From: Eledone cirrhosa
Lineage: Eukaryota
Assembly (NCBI GenBank): GCA_964016885.1
Contig: OZ024740.1
Coordinates: 241,862,001-241,926,000 of the forward strand
Direction: 5' to 3'
DNA length: 64,000 bases
This document shows positions 26,236 to 38,642 of the stretch, piece by piece. How positions within the stretch are numbered: the first letter of the stretch is position 1; each line of letters starts with the position of its first letter. The notes below the pieces were generated by a model. It was not told the DNA's origin, did no database searches, and saw nothing but the letters and a program-made list of their open reading frames with translations. The position numbers and the translations under genes were made by a program.

Positions 26236-28739
26236 GAATGTAAGATAATATATGCGGATGAATAGATGAACCAGTCAAGGTTAATTTGGCTTTTGCTGGC
26301 CTTATTGAATAAAGCACATACTCAAGATTCTCCTTGTGTATGTGCTTTGTCATTACGTTTCACTGGAGTTCAGGTTTTCCTTCGAGTGTAATTAGCGCAC
26401 GATATCCTTTCATATTTACGTGGACATTTTGAGAGTCAAATATCATTTCGATTGAACCTAATGCAAATCTGTTGATAGAACATAAACTAACGGCTTCGCA
26501 TTCTCATATTCTAACCAATGGGCTTCTACGCACTTAACATCTACCAAACTTTTCTACCGGCAGAAAATATTTTGTTAAAATCAATGGGTAGTAAATAAAA
26601 CTCGCGACCTGTGATTGTGAAACTAACTTATCGGTCACATAACCGTGCCTGCTGTATGTGGACATGGGTGTATCTGGGTAATTGTAATTGTTTGTCCATA
26701 CACTTGCAAGATATGCGTATTTATAACTAATAACTGTTTCTACTTTAGGCACAAGGCCAGCAATTACCCAGTGCATTACTGTAACTAATAACATTGATTC
26801 GATATTGTTTCTACATATATTGTACGCATTTAAATCTACGGAAATGAATATGTCCAGCAATTAATGTTCATGTTTTCATCTGTAAGTAAATGATGTACGT
26901 ATATCCATATGTCCAAATTGGTTCATTCATATTGGTAACATCTATCAATATAGCTAGGTTATGTGTGTGTGAGTGTGCGCATATGTATATGTGTGTTTGG
27001 TGTGCGTGCCCGGGAGCCTGTGTGTAATGAGTGAATATGAATATATGCGAATAAGAACGTAAGCAATGGGATTATACATATTTCAAAAATATGCATTGTA
27101 TGTATGCATTCATAACAGAGCGAAATATTAAGAAAATATTTGCCCAATGAAGTAAACAAAAAAGGAAACATAAAGAAATAGATAGAAAGATATAAATAGG
27201 AAAATAATATCTTAATTTTCAAACTGGGTAAGATACGAAAACTTTACCTGCTTTAATTCGTGTGTTTTCCCTCTGAAAGAAGAGTAATATTAATGAAGTA
27301 ACACGCAATAAGAAAGCAGTAATGTGTTGAGAGAAATAAAATGGTACAGTACATTTCAGTACTTAATTTCCTCTCATTTTCAAATTCCGTGATGGCGGAA
27401 AGTACAACCCCGATTTGATAAAATATATTAAATCGTAGTCTTAAACTAATCAGTCTGTAATAACAATGATGTTTCACACTAATTAATACAAGCTAGAAAT
27501 ATAATAAAGATTGGCTGAGTCGATCCCGATATTTGTCTGAATTCTTATAGTATTGTCTCCCGGAAATGGTTAAAGCAAGATTTATTCCATTGGTTTTCGA
27601 ACAATTGCTTTTATTCTACAGTTTTACCATTCTGTGGAAATAAATCATAGTTTTAACATAACTATTATCAAGTCCTCAAATGTTATTCTATGTATGCATG
27701 CTCTCGTAACTGCCTAAGAGAGTCGTAGCAGTGCCGTATTGACATACAGCGTTTTTAAAGCATTTTAAAACCTGGCGGAGTTTAATTCTCTCCTGGTCTG
27801 AACACAGCATATTTCTTCCAGAGAAGGATAGAAAATGAGAAAGTGGAAGTGAAAAAGAGATATAGAGGAAAAATCAACGCCCAGTACTTTGACTGGTACA
27901 TTTTTATCGACCTCAAATGGATGAAAGCAAAGTTGACCTTGACGGTATTAGAACTCAGAGAGCAGAGAGCCGAAACGATTAACGCAAAGTATTCTATCCG
28001 ACGTTCTAATGACTCTGCCAATTCGTCGCTTAGAGATGCTATTAGAAATGGTATAATTCATTAGATGGACCAATATTTCACCTTTTTAAGTTGATCCTGG
28101 TAGGATGAATGCCAACGTTAATTTCGACAGCATTTGAACTCAGAACGAACGTAAAGAGAATCAACTAAATACACCAAGGCATTTTGTCCGACACTCTTCC
28201 GATTCTGTTATACACCATACTTTGAAAAGAAAAAAATGTAATAGTTTCTAATTTAGGTGCAGAGTAATTTTGCCACTAGCAACAGTACTACCAGCCGGGG
28301 TTTCAGAAATTTAAATTATTAAAGACAACCTGCAACATTCTTGCAACTCTTGCAAGGATGAAGTATCAAATGGAGGCTGGAGAGAGGTAAGAGACCATCT
28401 CAAGAGGATAAAATGATGAAAGAAATAAAGAAAAAGGATCTCAATTATAAGTCGTAAACAGCGCTGGAAGAGCAACCCCATACACTTAAAGAGAAGTCTT
28501 CCTGTACGGAGTACACATTGATCCAATTACACATTGATCCAAGAGAATGACTGAGTTGCTTAACTTGATGTTCAAAAGAGGGGGGAAATGTTGGTGGAGC
28601 GTGAAATGAGTTTCCAATACCAGGAATACTCACAGGACACTAGTCTACAAACCTTTTAAAGATTATTTGTCAGATGTTGGGCGCTTCAAGGATTAACTTC
28701 AAGAAAATACTTATGGGGGCATTTGGATGCAAATATTAC

Positions 28740-29200
28740 CTGTACAGACAGCCAGTATAGTAGGCTGCTTTGACCCGACCCAGCTGGTGTGTTCTTACAT
28801 TTGTAGTGATGGGTTTCCTTAAATGATCTTTAGTGTGTTTTTAGGATAAATGTAACTTTATTTTTTTGTGTGTTTTTATATAATTATCTATTTATTCTGT
28901 GTGGTATATTGATGAGAAAGGTTTTTCTCCTTTGGATTTGACAACATCTAGTCGATTAACCTTGACCTCCCTGTCTGTGTATATTGGCATATCCAAGAAT
29001 ATGTTTCCTTTGACATTCTCTCAGCGAGGAGAGACAATATGGTTAATTGTTTCTCCTCCATCTTCACATATTTTGTAGTTATGTTATTTCATGTATTCTG
29101 CTTTATTATGCATCTTTGGTGATTTCTCGAGGGATGGGACTTTGATCTTATACGACTAAGTAAAACATCCTTCAATCCCCCCTTTAAGTCTTGCGTTTCT
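28740..29200 (-). mobile_element. Highly decayed R4/Dong-like RLE 3' fragment
   Basis: Minus-strand translation gives remnants such as KICEDGGETINHIVS and DMPIYTDREVKVNRLDVV, matching the CCHC/RLE region of the Dong copies. Confidence 0.5.
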
Positions 29201-31189
29201 CATTCAGTATTGTGAATCTTCCTGGTCTACTTCCAATATTTTACCGTCCATTCTATAGTCATATTTTTAGCTTAGATTTTAGCTTTTGCATGATTTCTGC
29301 TGTGGTTACCCCCCTTTCCTCATAACAATCTGTAATATCAACCTCTGTTTTGTATTTGGTGGGTTTCTTTGAAGACAAAACAATTCTATATATTATGATA
29401 AACGCACTGATACACAGACACACACACACACACATGTGCGCGCCTGTATGTGTGTTAAGATAAGCCAATATACACTGTTACTACTCCACTTACCAGCTAG
29501 AGTTTTTAAAATAGAAACTATTGAAGTTTTTATTTTTAAAGGAGGCGCTTGACCTCGGAGATCAACAGCTGCAGATGAGAAGCAGTGGCGAGTAATGTTT
29601 CATTTAAATAGTGCACATTCCGAGGCGCACACGTGCACATTTCAATAAGCTATCTGAATTAGTGTTTAAATATATATATATATTTTTTATTCAACCTTAT
29701 CTAGTAGATTGTTACATCCTCGACTTGTGGTCAGCTCCTCAGACAAGAAAAGAAAGATAATAGCTAATGTAATCTAACTGTGTCGACGGTTCTCTCTACT
29801 ATGGCATTAAAGACATTTTATGTTGGCATATGAACAAGATCCCAACTGCTGAACTAGTAACTACTTCAATACCGCTCACAGGAATCATTGGATAAAAGCA
29901 CCAAGTAATAATATATAGCGGTAGATATGCCTTTATAGCAATATACTAATATTTATTTTACATATATTCTCTTGCATAACAATATATCCCCTATTTAATA
30001 TAAGTGACAAGCAAACTACCCATTTGTAGCGGCATCTCTGTCTAAGAAACATGTTTCAATATACTTTGTCACCTGACCAATGCCGACCAGTGAAAGTCAA
30101 ATGTAAGTGACATGCTGCGTTTACATTCTGAACATTCTAATCAGGTAGTTGGAGTTGCTTCCTTTTATCGCCTGAAACAAGAAACATGTAAGAAGGGAGA
30201 AATCATCACTTTTGAAATAATAAAGTCTTCTAGATATTATATTTCTGGTGGAGATGCACGGCAAAACCTATATATTGGAAGTGGGAAATTACAATTTGTG
30301 TTGTTCTTAGCTTTATCTCCGACGTTCTTTCTTATATATGTAAAGTGGATGAGTTGTAACTAACAATCGAAACCGAATACAGTCTCGTCAAACCTAACCG
30401 AATAATAGTAGTAGCTAATAAAGATATTAGCTTTCACTAGTTAAGTGCGTATAGTTGTAAATACGTATGAAGCGGATATAGAGCTACTGCGGGATTCGTA
30501 CGTGTTGATTGTTATGGGAGCTTACTTTCTCACAATACTGGCTTGAATATCACAAATTTATAGTGCAAAAATTGTGATTGCGTAATTGCCATGCTCTCAC
30601 AACAGCAATATTTCTTTTTTTTTTATTAATGTGAATCGATTTCTACTGGGGATTGAAACTGACTATCACACACTCTGGAAACAGTCGATTTAATATCTTA
30701 CTCTATAGCATTACTAAACTATTAAAATATTTTAATATTTGTTTTGAGTTTTATTTTTACTTGAAACAAAACCATTATATTTTACGAAAGGCTGCATGTC
30801 ATGATGTGGAGCTTATGGATTTTTTAGAGAAATTATAATAACTGGAGGAAATACTTTAATATATGTGTCAATTGCCTTATTCTTCATATGTATCATTAAA
30901 TTATCCTTGTACAAAAGAAGACGATCTCATTTAATTTTGTTGGGGCTTTATTTAAACCTGAACATCATAACCGATTTTATATTGATTTTTTAGACACGAG
31001 AGGGATGAGTCGAATAATGACTAGTACTTAATTAACTGGCATGGAAGTATGAAAGGTGAAGACTACTCTGGCGGGATTTGTACATAGAGAAGATTAAATA
31101 CTGCAACTAATTTTATTCGATTAATTATCAATTCTGCCAATTCACAACAGACCTTTTAAGGGGAAAGAAGAAATATATATATATATATA

Positions 31190-31242
31190 TGAGAATTAGC
31201 CGTCGAAACGGCTTGAGCTCAGCTGTCGGGGTCTTACTGGTT

Positions 31243-31325
<83 letters not shown>

Positions 31326-31529
31326 CGAAGGAAATGTGGTAAGGAACCAGGTGGACCATAACGCACCAAAGTACTCAATACTTAGGGTAGTAGAGTGGGT
31401 AATAGGAACGAGTAGGACCCCGACGGCTGAGCTCAAGCCGTTTTGACGGCTAATTCTGGACTATTTTTAGTCCAGAATTAGCCGTCGAAACGGCTTGAGC
31501 TCAGCCGTCGGTGTCCTACTCGTTCCTAT
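31190..31529. mobile_element. Fold-back family A: isolated short arm (31190-31246) plus a full fold-back (31323-31529)
   Basis: Same sequence as 935-1122 in the opposite orientation. Arms 31402-31463 / 31468-31529 with a longer centre (ctggacta tttt tagtccag). Flanked by (TA)n. Confidence 0.75.
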
Positions 31530-33269
31530 ATATATATATATATATATATATATCAAAACCACATTTATTTTATTATATATATTTCATGGGTTCCAGTATT
31601 TTGGTACGCTATCGTCAGATAAAATATAATAATTGGTTTACAGATAATGACATATCTACATATGAACTTAATGTTATGAGTTCTATGTAAATAATGAATA
31701 AAACTTCGAAGCTCAAGATGAATATGCTAAATACGTTAAAACTGAAAAAGACCGTTATGTTTAGACGCCAGGTATATTTAAATAATTATCAGAATTAATT
31801 TTTAAAAAGAAAAGAAAAGAGAGGTTTACTATTAAAGTTGAAGAAAAAATTAAAGAAAAGATTTTAATAAAAAAAATATTTAAAGCTAATTACAGAATAT
31901 ATATAGGAATGTGCGTATATAAGTGTCCGAAACATATTTGCAAGGGTGTAGAAAGAATGAAATCATTATATTTATTTTTATTTATTTAATTATATAATTT
32001 GGAAATATTTATAATATAAGGTGTGAATTATAAATTAATGTATTAAAGTATGAACTATTAATTTAATATGTGAAAGATAGCTTATATTTATATATACAAT
32101 TGGATGTATTTTACGGGTATGTTTTACTATTATGATGATTGCAGTTATAAGTATATTTTATTAGATTATAAGAGATTAATTGTATATTTTTATTAAACCA
32201 TTTATTTAATATATAAATAGTTATGGTGAATATATATTTTATTTACTTAGTACATAAATAGTTATGGTTGGATATAGATTCTGTTTACATATGAAAAGAG
32301 ATAGGATATGCCGAGCGAAGATATGCTTGCATTTTCAATATATAGTTTAGGAATGTGGAAATAATTATATTTTTATATAGAAGATGTTTAATATTTTGTA
32401 TAATTTGTAGTTGTATCATGATAGAAATGTAAATTAAACAATTTTAAATATTTATATAAAGTTTGAATGTGTCGTAAAAGGTTAAATGTATACAAGCTTT
32501 TATCAAAGGAAAAGATAACTCTAATTTTTATTAGTTTAAGGATTTTAAGTTATCTAAAGATAAAGTTAGATTTAGCGTTTAGCCTAATAATTACTTTCAA
32601 ATTATATTATAATTATAATTGTTTCTACTTTAGGCACAAGGCCAGCAATTACCCAATGCATTACTGGTACTTTATGTTATCGACCCCGTAAGGATGAAAG
32701 GCAAAGTCAACCTCAAAACTTTATATATGATTTCAGAGCATCATATAGTAAATATATTCGAGATATTAGTAAAAAAGATAAAAACTTTCTATGTATAGAT
32801 GTTGATAATATTTAGTACTTGTATATATGCAGTTAAAAAAAAACTTATAAAAACTTTTAGAAAATCCCCCAAAAGCCATAAAAATACCTTAAAAAACGTC
32901 ATTAAAAACACCCCTAAAAACAAACGAAGACACATACATTGTAACTGGGCAAGATATAAAGGCAATATATAATATTTTCTATAAATTATAGATAATTTTA
33001 AAAGTCTTGGAGAATCGATGTAAGCAAGAATTAAATACCTCGTTATTTTTGTTTATAGTATTATTAGGATTGATAATTATGAGAAAACTTTCTTCGATAC
33101 AGAGATCACAAATTCTTGAAAGAGCCATATTCTGGTATGAGGGCGCTTTCGATATCCTACGCCAATAGATCGAATAGTCAACATTTAATTTAGTCTTCTA
33201 AGGACTAAATTAAATGTGATAGTGATATTGAGAATCTTTTGTCCGATCTATTAAATGTGTGTTTATGAT

Positions 33270-34005
33270 TAGCTATTACCACCTGGCGGTGTCGAGCAGA
33301 AGCAAAGGAGAGAATTGTCGATGCATTTCGAACTGAACTGGTTCTCATTTGGACGCCCCACCCCCACCCCCTGCTCTCTTGCAACTGCTGGACTTGAAAA
33401 CAAGCGAGAATATATAGTTTTCTTGTAAATGAGGTGATTAATCTCATTTGCATATAAAGCTGTATAAGCTGGGGCAACTTATAATAGAATAGAATTAGAA
33501 TTTAGATTCGAGCATAACCGTATACAGATATGTATTGGCATTTCGTATTTCTAAAAAAAAAAACGGTATGTTTATAAATAAACATTTAGAAAACCGTAGC
33601 TATGCAAAAACACCGGCGACTATCACTTTTTAAATGTTTATCTATAAACATACCGTATTTCTTTAGAAATACGAAATTACAATACATATCTGTATACATC
33701 TATGCTCGAAGCTAAATCCTAATTCTATTCTATTATAAGTTGCCCCAGCTTATACAGCTTCAAATGCGAATGAGATTAATCACCTCATTTACAAGAAAAC
33801 TATATATTCTCGTTTGTTTTCAAGTCCAGCAGTTGCAAGAGTGGGAGGTATCGTCTGATGACAACCAGTTCAGTTTGAAATGCATCGACAATTGTCCCCT
33901 TTGCTTCTGCTGGACACTGCTAGGTGGTGATAGCTGCCGGTGTTTTCTAAATGTTTATTTATAAACATACCGTATTCCTTATAGAAATACGAAATGCCAA
34001 TACAT
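33270..34005. mobile_element. Retrozyme-like element: ~320-345-nt hammerhead-bearing monomer in inverted and partially tandem arrangement
   Basis: ~33285-33595 is mirrored by ~33630-33920, and 33945-34005 restarts the unit seen at 33630. Hammerhead at 33850-33889 (+): CTGATGA caac cagttca gttt GAA ATGCAT C GAC. A degenerate mirror lies at 33317-33357 (-). Confidence 0.65.
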
Positions 34006-34008
34006 ATC

Positions 34009-34065
<57 letters not shown>

Positions 34066-34092
34066 ATATATATATATATGTATATATATATG

Positions 34093-34240
<148 letters not shown>

Positions 34241-34250
34241 TACATATATG

Positions 34251-34289
<39 letters not shown>

Positions 34290-34327
34290 GTGTGTGTATA
34301 TATGTATTATATATATATATATATGTA

Positions 34328-34364
<37 letters not shown>

Positions 34365-34368
<4 letters not shown>

Positions 34369-37300
34369 TGTCAGGTCACCAGTTGGTGATACTGGTAACA
34401 TGTATCCCAGTACAACCTGTCTCATGGTCGGGTCGTTGGCGACTAAACTGGCAACCCCACCAAGGTTTCTTGGTGAGGAGAGTGAGTTTGGACATCCTGC
34501 AGGACTAAAAACAAAACCTGTCAAAGGGCAAAGGAGCTCTTAAGAGTCAATGGCCATCCAAAATCACCGGGAGAGATGACCCTTAGCCTTTGTCAAGGCA
34601 GAATTCTAGGAGAAGGAAAACTCTGATATAACACCTGCAACCCATCGGTTTGCAGTTCTACCAGAGAGTACTCCACTTACTGTCTCTTTACTAAATGTCA
34701 GTGGTTGGGCTTCAGGTAGCGACCTGTTCCCGGAAAAACTCTCCTGCTACGAAAACAATTCATAGTGCATCAGATTTAAATTCTAAGCAGTCAGGAGACC
34801 GGTTGTCTCTAACCGGAGATTGTGTGACGGGTGTCGGCGAAAGTCTCAATGAGGAAGCCGACATCTTGAGGACCAGAATTCTCTCTGCAAAAACAACCAC
34901 ACGTATTGGATATTGGAACATAAGAACTATGTACCAACCATCCAAACTTGCGCAAGTTATCGGAGAAATGGAGGCCTACAAAATTAACATCCTGGGCCTC
35001 AGCGATGTCCGCTGGACTGACTCTGGGAAGTTTATCCATGAAAACAAGACCATCCTGTTCTCAGGCCATCAGAACGGGATCCACTGAGATGGAGTTGCAA
35101 TAATCATGGACAAGGCTGCCAGTGGTGCCCTTGAGGAGTGGACTCCTATCAACGAACGCCTAATGACAGCAAGATTCACCACATCACATGCAAAGGTCAC
35201 CATAGCTCAGTGTTATGCTCCAACCAACGAACATAACGACGATGACAAGGACGCTTTCTACCAGCAACTACAAGGTCTTGTAAACAAAACCCCACGTCAT
35301 GACATCCTGATCATCATGGGAGACATGAACGCACAGATCGGGGGAAGCAGGGTTGGCTTTGAACATGTCCTTGGCCCCCATGCTTATGGAAACCGCACGG
35401 ACAACGGGGACAGGTTTGTCCAGTTCTGTGCCATGAACAATATGAAAATCGGCTCGTCACTATTTGACCACAAGAACATCCACAAGGTCACATGGGCTTC
35501 GAACGACTACAGGACCAAGACACAAATAGACCACATTGCGATTGGCCCAAGTTGGAGAGCTCCTTGCCTGCAGGACGTCCGATTCTACCGGGGCGCAGAT
35601 GTCTGCAGTGATCACTATCTGTCTGTTACCAAACTTGAAATCAGACTGAGGAAGCAGAAGAAGAGAGCACTCACCACAAGGTGTTTTGACACTACCAAAC
35701 TGAAGAACGGTGACACAGAAGCACAGTTCGAGGCTGCTTTGAGGAACAGATTTGCTGTCCTTGAGGAGTCTGCACCAGGCTCGGTCAATTGGTGGGAGGA
35801 AATGAAGAAGACCATGGAAACTGCAGGGGAAGAAATCCTGGGCTACAGGAAGTCCCCCAGAGAAGCTTGGGTCAGCGACAACACCTGGCAGCTGATTAAT
35901 GAAAGGAAAGCCCTACACCAGCAGAGGCATGCCACTACCGCAGAGGCCATCAAGGTATATCAGCAGTATATTGACAAGGACAAGGAGGTGAAACGCAGCG
36001 CCCAAAAGGACAAACGAATGTGGCTTGAGGGTAAGGCAGAGGAGGCGGAAGCAGCTGCGACACGCAATGACATGCGCTCTGTGTACCAATTTGCCAAGAA
36101 AATCACCGGCAGCTCTAGAGCTAACTCAGGCCCGGTGAAAGCGAAAGATGGTATGCTGCTTTCCAAGGGTCAAGAAAAGTTAGTCAGATGGGCTGAACAT
36201 TTCAAGGAAGTCCTCAACCGACCGGACCCACGTGTGCCAGCAGACACTAAGGAACCTACTAGTTTGTTGCCTATCAATACTGATGACTTCATCGAGAAGG
36301 AAGTCCGCATGGCCATCAAAACCCTTAAGAATAACAAGTCACCAGGTATGGATGGCATTTTTGCTGAAATGCTGAAGTCAGGAGGCGAAAGCATGGTCAA
36401 GTGGATGGGCCACTTATGTAATCTTGTGTGGAACACGGGTGAAGTCCAAGAAGATTGGAGAAACGGAGCGGTTGTCTGTATCCCCAAGAAGGGCAACCTT
36501 GCCGATTGTGACAACTGGAGGGGAGTGACACTTCTCTCCATACCAGGGAAGGTCTATTGTCTGATGATCCTGAACCGCATAAGTGCCATGGTAGACCGGG
36601 AACTGCGAGAACAACAGGCAGGGTTCCGACCAAAACGTTCCTGTGCAGAGCAGATCTTTACGTTACGCCCTATCATTGAGAGGTACAACGAATTCCAGAG
36701 GCCCCTCGACGTCAGCTTCATCGATTTCTCCAAAGCATTCGATAGCATTCATCGGCCGTCACTTTGGAGCATCATGCATGAGTATGGTCTGCCCCAGAAA
36801 GTCATTTCGGCAATCAAACAGATTTATGCAAACTCCAAGTGCTGCATACGGACAGAGGATGGTTACAGTGACTGGTTTGAGGTGGTTACTGGTGTGCGTC
36901 AAGGTTGCTCGCTCTCTCCAATTCTCTTTGCCATAGCCATTGACTGGGTACTAAGAAGAGCGTCTAAAGACCAGGGTATATCTTGGGTGGGAGAGCAAAA
37001 GTTGTCTGACCTGGACTTTGCGGACGCTATTGTTGCACTTGCAAAGAGCACAGCTGACCTGCAAATCATTATGAACAATATCAATGTCGAAGCAGGAAGC
37101 TTAGGTCTCAATATCAGTGCTAAGAAGACCAAAAGCATGTTATCTGGGACACATCCATCACCAACTAGTGTTTTCATTGAACAGGGGGAGGTGGAGATAG
37201 TGGACAACTTCACCTACCTAGGAAGCTCCATTGACAATGGGGGCGCCATGGACAGTGAATTGCAATGTAGAATGGGAAAGGCTTCAGCAGCATTTAACCA

Positions 37301-37805
37301 GCATGTCAAGATCTGGAAGAGCAGGAAGTTCACCCGCAAAACAAAGATGAGATTCTACAACAGCAACGTGCTGTCCATACTCTTGTACGGAAGTGAAACA
37401 TGGCACCTTAAGACCAGCCAAGAGAAGAAGTTGGACGCATTCGATTCCAGGTGTCTGCGAAAGATCCTAGGGATTAAATGGAGTGACCATGTAACAAACC
37501 AGGAAGTCAGCAACCGCACCAACCAGCAGCTAGTCTCTTCTACCATCTGCAAGCGACGCCTCGGCTGGTTTGGGCACGCTTTGAGACTTTTCCCGGAGAG
37601 ACTGGCGAACCAAGTACTTAAATGGAACCCACAGGGAAGCAGACGGAGAGGGCGACCCAAAATGAACTGGCGCCAGACAGTTGAGAGGGACCTGCGAGCG
37701 ACGAACAGACAATGGCGGGACGCTGTGCAACTGGCTGCTGACCGAACGCGGTGGAACACTATGATTGCCTCATGCGTCGCAAGACGCGGGAGCTTCTGAG
37801 TCTGA
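34365..37805 (+). mobile_element. RTE-clade LINE, near full length, inactive (APE endonuclease + RT)
   Basis: ORFs 34695-35087 and 35106-37799 are in one frame, separated by a TGA. APE motifs (GYWNIRT, YAPT, GDMNA, SDH) and RT motifs (QQAGFR, FIDFSKAFD, RQGCSLSP, FADA in place of FADD, FTYLGS). RTE-type C-terminus RRRGRPKMNW. Flanked by (TA)n on both sides. Confidence 0.93.
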
Positions 37806-38262
37806 TATATATATATATATATATAAAACACCGTAGCTGCTCCAATCAGTCCACAAAAACTTAGCAAAAAACCTAAGCCGAACGCCAACTTGCACTCGTG
37901 ACTTTATATATATATACGTGTGTGTGTGTGTGTCTGGCTTTCAAACTGGGTGACTAGAGTAAGAAAGGTACTCAATACATTAGTAGAGTGTAAACAACAA
38001 ATGTAATATAGCAATGGCTTCTACAGGGCAAGAACGCTCGATTGGCACTATCAGTAGAGTGTCGGACAACGTGCTTTGCAGCATAGAGTTACGACCCTTT
38101 ACGGTTTGAGTTCAAATCCCACCGAGGTCCACTTTGTCTTTCATCCTTACGGGGTCGATAAAATAAAGCACCAGTAATACACTAGAGTCGATTTAATCGA
38201 CTTTTCCCTCCCCAAAATTGCTGGCCTTGTGTCTATAGTAGAAATCATTAGTATTATTGCTA

Positions 38263-38605
38263 AAAGGTGGGTAAATGTGGCGAGAATGGCTTGTGTGAAT
38301 GGGCCTACTCTGACCATGCGCAAATAGGCTAGCTAACTTGAGGAGAGGGGTTCTCTCCCTGGGTGCCCTAGAAGCGCAGGCTGCTTCAGGATTGGTGGGG
38401 TACCCGAGTCACCCCAGGGTCGTCCACCCCCTATCGGGGAATTTATTTTGTTATATTTATGCATAGTTTATTTTTATATTTTCATTGTTAAATTAGTCTT
38501 GCCGCCATTGTGCACTTTTACTCGACCTTATTGTAAACCCCCACTGTCCCTGTCTTTGTATTGTCCCCTACATGTCGGCCCTTGTGGCTAATAAATGAAA
38601 TCATT

Positions 38606-38638
<33 letters not shown>

Positions 38639-38642
38639 GCTA
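38263..38642 (+). mobile_element. 5'-truncated Tx1/L1-type LINE 3' end inserted at a SINE tail
   Basis: Encodes KRWVNVARMACVNGPTLTMRK*, homologous to ERWVREASMARMNGPCPSMCL* of the 57.5 kb element. Ends cccttgtggctaataaa..(ATT)n. Apparent target duplication gaaatcattagtattatt..gcta. Confidence 0.75.

Noticed and set aside
31560-33200. Very AT-rich stretch as a possible decayed Penelope ORF or NUMT
   Set aside because: No RT, GIY-YIG or mitochondrial gene motifs could be read.
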